Source: Candidatus Poribacteria bacterium (GTDB lineage Bacteria; Poribacteria; WGA-4E; PCPOR2b). From it: DNA of 64,000 bases. Of the stretch, positions 41,482 to 51,641 are shown piece after piece (the first letter of the stretch is position 1; each line of letters starts with the position of its first letter). Below the pieces are notes generated by a model. The model was not told where the DNA came from and did not search any database. It saw only the letters and a list, made by a program, of their open reading frames with translations. The stretch is taken from assembly GCA_965198175.1 (NCBI GenBank), contig OZ240245.1, forward strand, positions 224,001 through 288,000. Reading direction: 5' to 3'. The position numbers were made by a program, and so were the translations under genes.

Positions 41482-41773
41482 CCACAAAATTACTTCGACA
41501 ATTCTATTTCATATGGTTTTGGCTAGAGCCACAAGACGCTTGTTGTGGCTGTGCCGGTAAAGCCTTAAGATTGGAACGGATCTCTATGATTATCCTCTAT
41601 CTTCGTACGCTTCGCATTTATATGCCATCCAATCTGCATCTTCTTCGGATACATAGCCCAAATAGTGGGCTGATTTTCGCTCTAAATTACTGTTGGCACT
41701 TCAATTCTAAGTCTCACAAGAAGAATATTAAGACAAAATTCAAACGGAAGGTATTTTATGAAAAGGAATTCTT

Positions 41774-44700
41774 ATGAAAACACTCAATAATGGGGATCGG
41801 ATTGTAGTCGCACCAGCGGCTGAAAATAAACGGAATCAGAAGCCCGGTTTGAAAATCGACAGATACTTCACGACGCCCGGTGTGCATCCGTTTGAGGAAA
41901 TTGAGTGGGAACATCGGGACTCCGGAATTTACGACGAGAAGGGCAACGTCATCTTCCAGCAAACGGCGGTAGAAGTGCCGACTGGTTGGTCTCAATTAGC
42001 GACTGACATCGCAGCCTCGAAATATTTCCGTAAAGCCGGTGTGCCCGGAACCGGACAAGAAACAAGCGCCCGCCAACTCATTCGACGTGTCGCTCATACC
42101 ATTCGCCAATCTGGCGAAGAAATGGGGGGATACTTTGCCGCGCCCGAAGATGCCGAGACCTTCGAGGCGGAACTGACCCATCTGCTCATTACCCAACGCG
42201 GCGCATTCAACTCGCCGGTGTGGTTCAACTGCGGGCTCTGGCACGAATACGGTATCAAAGGCAGCGGCGGCAGTTACTGCTGGGATTTTGAAACGGAAAG
42301 CGTCCAGACAACAAAAAACGCCTATGAGCGGCCGCAGAACTCAGCCTGTTTTATTCAGAGCGTGAATGACTCTCTAGATTCAATGCTCGCACTGCAAAAA
42401 TCCGAAGTGCGTCTATTTAAATATGGTTCGGGCACCGGTTCCAACTTCAGCCAGATTCGAGCGAAAGGCGAGTCGCTCTCAGGCGGCGGGGCAAGTTCAG
42501 GCGTACTCTCCTTCCTCGAAGGCTTTGACCGCTGGGCGGGCAGTATCAAGAGCGGCGGCACCACACGCAGAGCTGCGAAAATGGTTATCCTCGATATGGA
42601 TCATCCCGAAATTGTGGACTATATCGATTGGAAACTGCGCGAGGAAAAGAAAGTTCAAGCGTTGATCGCCGGCGGTTATCCCGCAGATTTCAACGGTGAA
42701 GCGTACCGCACCATTAGCGGGCAAAATAGCAACAACTCAGTGCGAATCCCCGATGCCTTCATGGAATCATACCTAAATGACGGAGAGTGGAAGACGACCT
42801 ACCGTGTAAGCGGTGAAGTCGCAACTGAATATAAAACAAAGTGGTTGATGGACAAAATTGCGCATGCAGCTTGGGCGTGCGCCGACCCCGGCGTTCAATT
42901 CGACGACACTATCCAACGTTGGAACACCTGCAAGAGTAGCGACCGGATTAACGCGACGAACCCGTGTTCCGAATTCGTGTTTTTGGATGATACCGCCTGC
43001 AACCTCGCAAGTATTAACCTTGCGAATTTCTTGCAGGATGACGGCACGTTTGACGTGGGTGCCTTTCGTCAGGCTGTTCGTGTCTTCATCACAGCCATGG
43101 AAATTATCGTCGACCTGTCAGCCTACCCCATGGAGAAAATTGCACAGCGATCACACGAATTTCGGCCACTCGGTCTAGGCTACGCAAATCTGGGCACACT
43201 GTTGATGTTGAACGGAATTCCTTATGACAGCGGCGAAGCCCGCGCTTGGGCAGCGGCAATCTCGGCAATCTTGTCAGGACACGGCTATCGAACAAGCGCC
43301 GAGATAGCGGGCAGTGTCGGTCCCTTCCCCAAATTTGAAGTGAACAGCCAGTCGATGTTAGAAGTCATGCAGATGCATCGCGACGCAGCCTACAAGATTT
43401 CCGAAGACGTCTGCCCTGATAACCTGCTCGAAGCCGCACGGGAAGACTGGAACATCTGCCTTCAGTTGGGCGAACGCTTTGGCTACCGCAATTCCCAAAT
43501 CTCGGTCATCGCACCCACCGGCACAATCGCTTTCCTGATGGACTGCGACACAACTGGAATCGAACCGGACTTCGCACTTGTGAAGTTCAAAAAACTCGCC
43601 GGTGGCGGTCACTTCAAAATTGTCAACCAGAGCGTGCCAAAAGCCATGGAGCGGCTCGGCTACACCCCAAAGCAAATCGAAGAAATCGTCAGCTATATCG
43701 TCGGCACCGCGTCGCTGCGTGGAACGCCAATCAACACAGAAAGACTCAAGGCGAAGGGCTTTACTGACGAAGAGTTGATGAAGATTGAATCGGATTTGCC
43801 CACCGCTTTCGATCTGAACATCGCTTTCTCACCCGGCACTCTCGGTGAAGCATGTCTGAAGCGGTTGGGAATTAGCGCCGAAGAAGCGCAGGAACCCGGC
43901 TTTAATATCTTGCGTTTTCTGGGCTTCAACCGCGACGAGATTGATGCTGCCGAAGAAATAATCTGTGGACGCGGCACTGTCGAGGGCGCGCCGCACCTCA
44001 AGTTGGAACACTACCCCATCTTTGACTGCGCCAACAAATGCGGTAGGATTGGCACGCGCTATATCGAACCGATGGGACCCGTCAAGATGATGGCGGCTGT
44101 CCAGCCTTTCATCAGCGGCGCTATTTCAAAGACAGTCAATCTCCCCAGTGAGGTTTCCGTAGAAGAAATCAAGCAGGTGTACGTCGAGGCGTGGAAGTTG
44201 GGCGTTAAGTGCATGGCTGTCTACCGAGACGGCAGCAAGAGCAGCCAACCGCTCTCCACAACCAGCCGGCAGGAGACAGAGGAGGAACAACCTGCGATAC
44301 AGGTTGAATATCGTCCCGTCCGCAAACATCTACCCGACGAACGACAGTCGATTACCCACAAGTTCACCGTTGCTGGGCACGAAGGCTACCTCACAGTCGG
44401 GTTTTACGAGGATGGGAGGCCCGGCGAAGTATTCCTCCGAATGTCCAAGGAGGGGTCGGTCATCTCCGGATTGATGGATACTATCGCAACCATGACCTCC
44501 GTCGCGCTTCAGTACGGCGTGCCGCTGGAATCGCTTGTCGAAAAATTCAGTCACAAACGGTTTGAACCGTCGGGTTACACCAAAAATAAGGACATTCCAA
44601 TTGCGAAGTCGATTATCGACTACGTCTTCCGCTGGCTCGGTTTGAAGTTTCTTGCCCAAAGCCAACCTGTGGAAGATGAAAGCCTCGAAGATCAACTTGT

Positions 44701-44929
44701 AGATCCCCGCCAACTCCACCCCTACGGCGGAATTAGTGACGTTCAGGATGGTAATGCTTCCTCTGCTATACTACCAAGCGGACAGCGCGCACGATTGGAA
44801 GCGCAAGAAAAACGAGTCGCTTCCATGCAGTCCGACGCACCGCCATGTCACGCTTGCGGCTCAATCATGGTACGTAACGGAACGTGTTACCGATGCCTGA
44901 ATTGCGGCGAAACCAGCGGCTGTTCGTAA
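41774..44929 (+). CDS. nrdJ: Class II (adenosylcobalamin-dependent) ribonucleotide reductase
   Basis: FNSPVWFN, PQNSACFI, GSGTGSN, GGTTRRAAKM, TNPCSE, IAPTGTI, GAISKTVNLP, YRDGSK, C-terminal CHACG..CYRCLNCGETSGCS. Confidence 0.96.
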   Translation: MKTLNNGDRIVVAPAAENKRNQKPGLKIDRYFTTPGVHPFEEIEWEHRDSGIYDEKGNVIFQQTAVEVPTGWSQLATDIAASKYFRKAGVPGTGQETSARQLIRRVAHTIRQSGEEMGGYFAAPEDAETFEAELTHLLITQRGAFNSPVWFNCGLWHEYGIKGSGGSYCWDFETESVQTTKNAYERPQNSACFIQSVNDSLDSMLALQKSEVRLFKYGSGTGSNFSQIRAKGESLSGGGASSGVLSFLEGFDRWAGSIKSGGTTRRAAKMVILDMDHPEIVDYIDWKLREEKKVQALIAGGYPADFNGEAYRTISGQNSNNSVRIPDAFMESYLNDGEWKTTYRVSGEVATEYKTKWLMDKIAHAAWACADPGVQFDDTIQRWNTCKSSDRINATNPCSEFVFLDDTACNLASINLANFLQDDGTFDVGAFRQAVRVFITAMEIIVDLSAYPMEKIAQRSHEFRPLGLGYANLGTLLMLNGIPYDSGEARAWAAAISAILSGHGYRTSAEIAGSVGPFPKFEVNSQSMLEVMQMHRDAAYKISEDVCPDNLLEAAREDWNICLQLGERFGYRNSQISVIAPTGTIAFLMDCDTTGIEPDFALVKFKKLAGGGHFKIVNQSVPKAMERLGYTPKQIEEIVSYIVGTASLRGTPINTERLKAKGFTDEELMKIESDLPTAFDLNIAFSPGTLGEACLKRLGISAEEAQEPGFNILRFLGFNRDEIDAAEEIICGRGTVEGAPHLKLEHYPIFDCANKCGRIGTRYIEPMGPVKMMAAVQPFISGAISKTVNLPSEVSVEEIKQVYVEAWKLGVKCMAVYRDGSKSSQPLSTTSRQETEEEQPAIQVEYRPVRKHLPDERQSITHKFTVAGHEGYLTVGFYEDGRPGEVFLRMSKEGSVISGLMDTIATMTSVALQYGVPLESLVEKFSHKRFEPSGYTKNKDIPIAKSIIDYVFRWLGLKFLAQSQPVEDESLEDQLVDPRQLHPYGGISDVQDGNASSAILPSGQRARLEAQEKRVASMQSDAPPCHACGSIMVRNGTCYRCLNCGETSGCS

Positions 44930-44970
44930 AGCGCTAGTGCTCCATCATCCAGGACCAGGTTCGTATCTAA

Positions 44971-45016
44971 AAGGGCATCACGTCGGATTTTAATCCGGTT
45001 TCAACGCGATGTCCTT
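44971..45016 (+). terminator. Hairpin after nrdJ, probable terminator
   Basis: aagggcatcacgt...acgcgatgtcctt followed by attgtttt. Confidence 0.5.
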
Positions 45017-45129
45017 ATTGTTTTAGCATTGATTATTACTCACAATTATCTACAATTGTTTTCAGCGAATGGTCTTTTGTCATTAGCTTTCAAACCACAA
45101 CTTCTTCTAGAAGGAAAAGGTGCTCTGCC

Positions 45130-45987
45130 GTGCATCAAGATTCTCCCGTTAAACAGCAGTTTTTTTGCTTACTGAACAACTTCGTATCATCGCTAGACCA
45201 ACATGTTAGCACGGACGATGGGCAGTGGCGTGTAAAGGGGTTTATTGATGTATGCAAGAACATCTACACGATTTCTTCGGATACCAAGATAACATCAAAA
45301 ATTCTTGAGATACACTTGTTGCCTCAGATACTTGAGTTTGCACAACATATCGGATACCGGGTGGTTCTCGCCAAACATCAGAACTACTATCCAGATATCT
45401 CTTTCGTGCATGCCAATGACGAACGCATCAAGTTTGCATTTGATTTCAAAACTACATATCGTCTGTCCGATAATCCGGAATTTTGCAATGGATTCACTTT
45501 GGGATCCCATGGAGCATATTTCGTAAATAGGGGTAGTTCAAAGAATATTCAATTCCCCTATGGGCAATACCAAGCGCATTTTTGTCTGGGAATTATCTAC
45601 AGCCGACATTCGGAATCAAGGGCAAATGAATCTCGTACCTACAAGATTGAGGAACTGCACTCAATTGCGTCCGTAATCAAGAATTTCAGGTTCTTCGTCG
45701 CGGAAAAATGGAAGATTGCAAGCGATAAAAGTGGCAGTGGAAATACCGCAAACATTGGTAGTATCACCAGAATCGATGATATAGTATCGGAACGAGGTAT
45801 GTTTTCAATCTTAGGCGAGAATTGGTTCGATGATTACTGGATGAACTATGGCAAGATTACCATCTCCGAAGATCAAGGCAAAACCAAGCGAATTACTAAC
45901 TTGCGAGATTTTGTGGCATACAGAGGAGGCGATGTTGGTCTTATTGTACCCAAAGCAAGTAAAAAAGCTGTGAGGCGCGAGAGCTAG
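45130..45987 (+). CDS. Type II restriction endonuclease, EcoRV-like
   Basis: SDTKITSKILE, QNYYPD..FAFDFKTTY (PD..DxK), KNIQFPYGQY, GSGNTANIGSI, DYWMNY match EcoRV motifs. Confidence 0.9.
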   Translation: MHQDSPVKQQFFCLLNNFVSSLDQHVSTDDGQWRVKGFIDVCKNIYTISSDTKITSKILEIHLLPQILEFAQHIGYRVVLAKHQNYYPDISFVHANDERIKFAFDFKTTYRLSDNPEFCNGFTLGSHGAYFVNRGSSKNIQFPYGQYQAHFCLGIIYSRHSESRANESRTYKIEELHSIASVIKNFRFFVAEKWKIASDKSGSGNTANIGSITRIDDIVSERGMFSILGENWFDDYWMNYGKITISEDQGKTKRITNLRDFVAYRGGDVGLIVPKASKKAVRRES

Positions 45988-45989
45988 TT

Positions 45990-46946
45990 ATGAAAGTCAT
46001 GATTCCTCCGATAAAGTGCCAAGGGATCAAAAGAAAGATTCTTCCTTTAATCAAAAGGGCAATGGATTGGTCTTTTGAAGGTACGTGGATTGAACCCTTT
46101 ATGGGGTCAGGTGTCGTTGGTTTCAATATCATGCCACGCCGTGCAATCTTCGCAGATAGCAACCCCCATTCGATTGCCTTGTATAGAGCCATTGCTAGTG
46201 GAAAGGTAGATGGCTTTAAGGTGAGAAGATTTCTTGAACGCGAAGGGCAGATGCTTGCAAATTGTGGTGCAGATTACTATTATGAAGTACGCGCTCGGTT
46301 TAACGGAACACATGATCCTCTTGACTTTCTGTTTTTGAACCGTTGTTGCTTCAATGGGATGATTCGGTTCAATCGCAAAGGCGGCTTTAATACGCCTTTC
46401 GGGCACAAACCGCAACGGTTTTCTAAGGCATATGTCACAAAGATTGTTAATCAAGTTGATTACGTGTCCATTATTTCGAAAAATTCTAATTGGTCAATTG
46501 TTTGCCAAGATTTTAGAGAAACACTAAAAGGGGTTTCTGAGGACGATTTCATCTACTGCGATCCGCCTTATGTCGGGCGTCACACAGATTATTTTGATAG
46601 CTGGGACGAAGAGAGTGAGCAACAACTGTTCGCGATTCTAAGCCGATTGCCTTGCAAATTCATCCTGTCAACGTGGCATAGCAATCAGTATAGGAAAAAC
46701 GTATTCCTCGATACACTGTGGTCAAAATTCAATGTCGTAACCAAGGAACACTTCTATCACATTGGAGCGAGGATGGAAAATAGGAAACCCATACTCGAGG
46801 CCCTTGTGATGAATTTTACGCCAAGGCACCTGCATGAAGAACCTACCAATCCCCCTGAACAACTAAGAATTTTTGAAAAACTCAAGGAGTATCAAAGACA
46901 CAAAAGTTCAGATCCAGAAAATCAGTCTCTCTTTCATCCAATGTAA
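45990..46946 (+). CDS. Dam-family N6-adenine DNA methyltransferase, M.EcoRV-like
   Basis: PPIKCQGIK, EPFMGSG, LDFLFLNRCCFNGMIRFNRKGGFN, YCDPPY, LSTWHSN, KEHFYHIGA. Confidence 0.93.
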   Translation: MKVMIPPIKCQGIKRKILPLIKRAMDWSFEGTWIEPFMGSGVVGFNIMPRRAIFADSNPHSIALYRAIASGKVDGFKVRRFLEREGQMLANCGADYYYEVRARFNGTHDPLDFLFLNRCCFNGMIRFNRKGGFNTPFGHKPQRFSKAYVTKIVNQVDYVSIISKNSNWSIVCQDFRETLKGVSEDDFIYCDPPYVGRHTDYFDSWDEESEQQLFAILSRLPCKFILSTWHSNQYRKNVFLDTLWSKFNVVTKEHFYHIGARMENRKPILEALVMNFTPRHLHEEPTNPPEQLRIFEKLKEYQRHKSSDPENQSLFHPM

Positions 46947-47095
46947 GGCATCCCGAATTCTATCACTTTGGATTCAGATGTCCCATTTGGTTCAACCGAG
47001 TTGAGCATTTTGGACAAGCCATTTTGTTGCGGTGCTACGATTGTTTATGATATTACAATGTCGAAAGTTTCATTTCAAATTTCCCCCATCCTAAT

Positions 47096-47328
47096 AGTTC
47101 TTGTAGGTTGGGTAGAGCGGTGTTGGCGAAACACACCACATAGGGTAAATCTGTTCCGGGCGTTAAACCCGGTTCAAACTTGTTACGATGCAGCGAAACC
47201 CAACGCTTTTCTTGTCACATTGTGATGGAGATGCGAGACATTTGATTGCCGTTCGAAATTGCCGATTTGGTCGGGGAAGCATAGAAATGCTAGGTTTCGC
47301 CGTTGGCTCTACCCAACCTACAAGAACT
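47096..47328. repeat. REPIN-like element with perfect 23-bp terminal inverted repeat
   Basis: agttcttgtaggttgggtagagc (47096-47118) / gctctacccaacctacaagaact (47306-47328); inner gcgaaaccca / taggtttcgc. Confidence 0.9.
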
Positions 47329-47345
47329 GAGAGACACAAATAACT

Positions 47346-49298
47346 ATGAACGAACATGATGCTGCGCCTGAATTAGGTCATTTCTTAACCCATCGCCATT
47401 GGGTAGAAGCCTTGAAATTGTTGAAGTATCAACTTAAAAGAAAAAAGACAAATAGACACTTCCGCACCCTTGAGATGTCTTACTACGAAAAACTAGAGAA
47501 CTCCTTTGAGAAATTACTGGATGTAGAATATTTCAATACTAGAATAGCGAATAATCTTTTTTACGGTTTGAGCAAAGAATTCGCTGTGGTTCCGTACACG
47601 ATTCCGAAATCTAATCTAGGATTGCGCCGGTATAAGTTTATGACTTGTCCCATGCGAGTCCTCTACTACGCTGTCGGGATTTATCTGCTTGAACTTTCAC
47701 AAGCATATCTTCAAGATTACAAATCAAACAAGCATATTCGCTCCGGCTATGGCGGGAATCTGGGGTTCAACGATAAGGGAGAACTCATTCTTAAACCTGA
47801 TCGCATTTATTACAAATCACACTATAAGAACTTTTGCAGAGAGATAAGAATGCAAAACGATGGTGACACGGCGCGTAAAGTTGTTATTCGCTTAGACATA
47901 CAAAACTACTTTGATGAACTCAATATACCCATACTCTTGAAGTTGCTAGAGGAGCGCGTCAAACCGAGCATTTGTAAAAAGATGCATTTTTATAAGACCA
48001 CGCTAGTCCAGCTCGTCTCATTCTTTGATTTCGTCGCAGGGAGCAAATTGGGAATCCCCCAATCAGACAACAACATAATTTCCCATTTTATCGGTCATCT
48101 TTTTCTGGTCTTTGGGGATCTATTTCTTGATGAGGAACTGCGTTATAACGAAGAATCAGTAGAAAGCCACGCGATTATCCGTTACGTTGACGATTTATAT
48201 ATTTCAATCACCTTCAAGAAGCAGGACAGGGATTTAAAGACCAAATCTCTCAACTCGCTAGGCCCTCGTATTGCTGACTGCCTTCATAAAGAGTTGGGGC
48301 TTCGGCTTAATCCGAAAACAAGGCTTTTCGACCTTGGAAACGAAGACGACAGAGAGGCGCTTGAACGAAATTTGAAGCTGGTTTCAGAAGGCAATGAAAT
48401 TGCAGATGAAGATAACACTCGGCCCGAAGAAAAGATTGAGAATATTCTTTACCAGTTAACAAAGCTAAAGTGTTTTCCCATCGCTCCTAACTTTCCCGAA
48501 CATTGCAAGTCGGATTGCGGTGAAGAGAAATTCAATGAAGAAATTTTCAAAGACGCACTCAAAGGGGTATATGATGAGACAGTTCAGCAGATGCTGGAAA
48601 TGCCTAGGATAAAGTTCCGTTTGAAAGAGATATTTATAGGTTCAGGCGGCTTTGATTTTGAGTTGGTTAACGTATACCCAATGCCAATCATAATTCTGAT
48701 AATGGCGTGCGCTGACGTACGAAAGGAGTTCAAAGAATTCCTTTGCTCCAAAACACATCTAACGTCGAGGGATATATATCTTGCGCTTAATTATCTTTGT
48801 CAGAAAGATTTTACTCAGGACACGTTATTCAATCTACTCAGAAATGACCCCCCGATGAAACAAATTTTGGATATTTTCGACGGAGAGGGGTTGTCATCAG
48901 AACTTCTTGGTTATTATGCGTTAACGGAAAAACAAACCCTAAGAATCACTCAACCCAATATAATAGAGCAGATTAGATTAAGAACTTTGGCTGAACAAAA
49001 AGCGGACTACTCCGTTGCTTTGAGCCATCTACTTAACGAAATTCACGCTATCTGTCATCTATTGGACAGTAGAAGCTCAACCTTAAGAAAATATGATGCA
49101 CCGAAAGTGATCGAATATCTCACGAGCAAAAATGTCCCTCACGAAACGAAAGATCGAATTCGGAATCTGTTTGACCGGCGGAATTATAGCCCTGTTTCGC
49201 ATCCCGATCCCGTTGCTGAGTCAGTCGCTATAGAAGAGTATGAAGTTTATCGTAGTCATGTTGGCAGATGCCTTAAACACCTTCTTAAGATAATGTAA
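47346..49298 (+). CDS. AbiA-like reverse transcriptase with C-terminal HEPN domain (putative anti-phage)
   Basis: 650 aa; IPKSNLGLRRYKF, RLDIQNYFD, GIPQS, RYVDD (48183-48194), LRLNPKT; C-terminal RNYSPVSH (Rx6H); lower GC. Confidence 0.88.
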   Translation: MNEHDAAPELGHFLTHRHWVEALKLLKYQLKRKKTNRHFRTLEMSYYEKLENSFEKLLDVEYFNTRIANNLFYGLSKEFAVVPYTIPKSNLGLRRYKFMTCPMRVLYYAVGIYLLELSQAYLQDYKSNKHIRSGYGGNLGFNDKGELILKPDRIYYKSHYKNFCREIRMQNDGDTARKVVIRLDIQNYFDELNIPILLKLLEERVKPSICKKMHFYKTTLVQLVSFFDFVAGSKLGIPQSDNNIISHFIGHLFLVFGDLFLDEELRYNEESVESHAIIRYVDDLYISITFKKQDRDLKTKSLNSLGPRIADCLHKELGLRLNPKTRLFDLGNEDDREALERNLKLVSEGNEIADEDNTRPEEKIENILYQLTKLKCFPIAPNFPEHCKSDCGEEKFNEEIFKDALKGVYDETVQQMLEMPRIKFRLKEIFIGSGGFDFELVNVYPMPIIILIMACADVRKEFKEFLCSKTHLTSRDIYLALNYLCQKDFTQDTLFNLLRNDPPMKQILDIFDGEGLSSELLGYYALTEKQTLRITQPNIIEQIRLRTLAEQKADYSVALSHLLNEIHAICHLLDSRSSTLRKYDAPKVIEYLTSKNVPHETKDRIRNLFDRRNYSPVSHPDPVAESVAIEEYEVYRSHVGRCLKHLLKIM

Positions 49299-49367
49299 TG
49301 ATGCCTCCGGCTGCGCCAAAGGTGGTGCACTGTGTCGCATCCTACGACATCAGCACATCAATCACCC

Positions 49368-49590
49368 TGTAGGTTGGGTAGAGTGGTATTGATGACGCAC
49401 ACAACATAGAGAAGAGAGAATCTGTTCCGGGCATTGATGCCGTTCGAATCTTGTTACAATGTAGCGTAACCCACACGATCAAGCGACCGAACAGGGAGCG
49501 CGATAGTTTTGGTGTCGGTGAAGACTATCGCCCTCGTTATTCACTCGGTTGATCGTATGAGTTTCGCCACTAGCCCAACCCAACTTACAA
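49368..49590. repeat. Second REPIN-like element with a nested GATCAA..GCGATAGT inverted pair (49477-49554)
   Basis: tgtaggttgggtagagtgg..aatctgttccgggc..cttgttac matches 47102-47200; closes gtttcgcc..acccaacttacaa. Confidence 0.85.
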
Positions 49591-49975
49591 TAGCCAGATA
49601 AGTTTGCGGAGTTGCAAACCCGTTGGCAAACGCGAGCGTAATCTCCATTTTGCGAAACAAACCCAAAACGAACCCAAATTTTCCGCCGACGAATCCTCCT
49701 CCTGAAAAGCAAGTCTGGGGAAGTTAGGTTTGTAAGTTACCGGAACACAAACGGCATTTGCTGGGTGGATACGGTTGTTGCTGGTATACGCTTTCTTCCG
49801 TTCTGTATTTTAACGAAACTTTATATCATTGCACAAATTTTCTACTTCTGATAAGATATACTGAAGTTTGGACAATTTCACAGGATGCTGACAGGTCTCA
49901 ATGAGAATCACTTACATTGCGCACTTTCCGAGACGCCACATGGTAGTAGTAATTTTCAAATAGGAGATCCGAAAA

Positions 49976-50203
49976 ATGGTTGATGCAATGCCCTATATTC
50001 CTTTTCATCGTGTGAAGGATTGGAAAACTGGTGATAGGATCACCGTGGATGGTAATCCTGGGAAAATCCATGACATTGCTCAATTTGAGAATCCTTCAGG
50101 GTCAGGAGAAAAAATTGCGTCCATCGGTGTGGAATACGACAATGAACCAGGTGTTATTAGGCTAGTTGACTTTGATGTCCACCAACTCGAACCCGAACGC
50201 TAA
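49976..50203 (+). CDS. Small hypothetical protein (possible SH3/KOW-like barrel)
   Basis: 75 aa, AGGAG RBS, WKTGDRITVDGNPGKI motif. Confidence 0.65.
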   Translation: MVDAMPYIPFHRVKDWKTGDRITVDGNPGKIHDIAQFENPSGSGEKIASIGVEYDNEPGVIRLVDFDVHQLEPER

Positions 50204-50340
50204 CAACTACTCATCGACCCCGACCAGAGAAGACGTCGCCCTCCGCCACTATTCAGAATGCAAGTGGCTTCTGCGATCTTGACCCAATCTTCCTACCGAT
50301 AGAGCGAATTGCCTCACTAAATAATTCGTCAGGAATTGAA

Positions 50341-51222
50341 GTGGAACAGCAAAGCCAAGCAATATTGACAACAGAGTTATCTGAGCAGATTGCCGCATGC
50401 ACTTTTTCTAAAGCAGATTTGCAATCCATATGTGAAAAATTGCAAGAGTCGAGTTATGAAGCAGCGGAGGAGGAAATAAGCCACTATATGCCGCTAGATC
50501 GGCCGCCGGAACAAATTCTCGCAGACAGAGAAACACTTCGGTTGGGATTTGAACTACAAGTAGCCGTGCGAGGGGTAGGTGATAAACAAGTTGTTGGAAC
50601 TATTCCAGTGGTGTTTAACTCTCCTCGTTTTCCGGAGAAGGTTAAGAGTCTTTACATTGACAGTGCCCTGAATCTAAAAAATTTATATAATTGGTCTCCG
50701 AGAAATCATTTTGAGTTGATTTTGGATTTTACTAAACCCGAACTGTTCAATCTATCACTGTCGCCTTCAGCATCCACCCCAAATGACAGCAATATTTTGG
50801 TTTCTGGGCGAAATGAAACTTGGGTTAATGGAGTATACCATGCTGTAATGGAGTTCGTCAAAAACAGAAAAACGCGCCGCCGATTTCTTCACAAACGTGG
50901 CATTTATGATTTGCTTGCTATCTTTATAGGGTTTCCATTTGCGTTTTGGATAGCATTCAAGTTATCCGGGTGGATAAACACCTTGTTCGGTGGCTTCTCG
51001 GTCTTTGTTCGAAATGGTGCGTATGTCTTTCTATTCCTTGTGTCGCTAAATTTATTCAAAGCTTTGTTTGACTATGCTAGATGGACTTTTCCGATTTTAG
51101 AGTATAAGGGCACCACCGACACTGCTCGAAAACATAGATATATCTTGGGTATGCTAGCCCTAGCGGTTTTTGGAAATTTCCTCTATGATGTGATTAAGAG
51201 CGTAACCGCCCTAATCCATTAG
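50341..51222 (+). CDS. Hypothetical protein with C-terminal TM helices
   Basis: 293 aa, soluble N-terminal ~185 aa then ~3 hydrophobic segments; lower GC. Confidence 0.75.
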   Translation: MEQQSQAILTTELSEQIAACTFSKADLQSICEKLQESSYEAAEEEISHYMPLDRPPEQILADRETLRLGFELQVAVRGVGDKQVVGTIPVVFNSPRFPEKVKSLYIDSALNLKNLYNWSPRNHFELILDFTKPELFNLSLSPSASTPNDSNILVSGRNETWVNGVYHAVMEFVKNRKTRRRFLHKRGIYDLLAIFIGFPFAFWIAFKLSGWINTLFGGFSVFVRNGAYVFLFLVSLNLFKALFDYARWTFPILEYKGTTDTARKHRYILGMLALAVFGNFLYDVIKSVTALIH

Positions 51223-51641
51223 GTTCCCAGACTTGTCTTAGACGTGTTGACCATATTTCATAGCACAATTTGATTGTCAGTGTTTGCGGTTCAAGCTTTC
51301 CCAACCGAATGGCTATCCCCGCCCAAGTAGCCCATCTCGGCTTGTCAATGCCGACTGGTGAGAACACTGTCCCCGCGCACACTCCTACGACCGCTTAGAT
51401 TCCAATCTATTGAAGACATACGTCAACCTACCGTAGGAGACGTATCCTTACCTCAATAGTCGGGAGGAGAATCTCCTTCCCACACTGCAAGTTTACAGAG
51501 TTTTTCTCGGCGCAAAATGAAAGTCTGAAACCCACTTTTTGCGAAACGAACCCAAATTGTTCACGCGAACAAACCTACGGAGAAAACGTCCATCGTCAGT
51601 TCCCCTATCCAATGCCGGTGAGGTCTCTTTAGAACGCTTTT

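Noticed and set aside
41694..41708. Sigma54 promoter upstream of nrdJ (TGGCACTTCAATTCT)
   Set aside because: The -12 position reads CT, not GC.
41774..44929. Intein or intron in nrdJ
   Set aside because: Continuous ORF, no intein splice motifs or LAGLIDADG blocks recognised.
47096..47328. Retron msr-msd with a1/a2 inverted repeats upstream of the RT
   Set aside because: The arm GTAGGTTGGGT.GAG recurs at 9368, ~10894 and 49369, so it is a dispersed REP family. The RT lacks the retron VTG motif and looks AbiA-like.
47346..49298. Group II intron, DGR or CRISPR-associated RT
   Set aside because: No intron domain V or maturase/HNH region, no TR/VR pair with adenine-specific mismatches, no cas1 seen.
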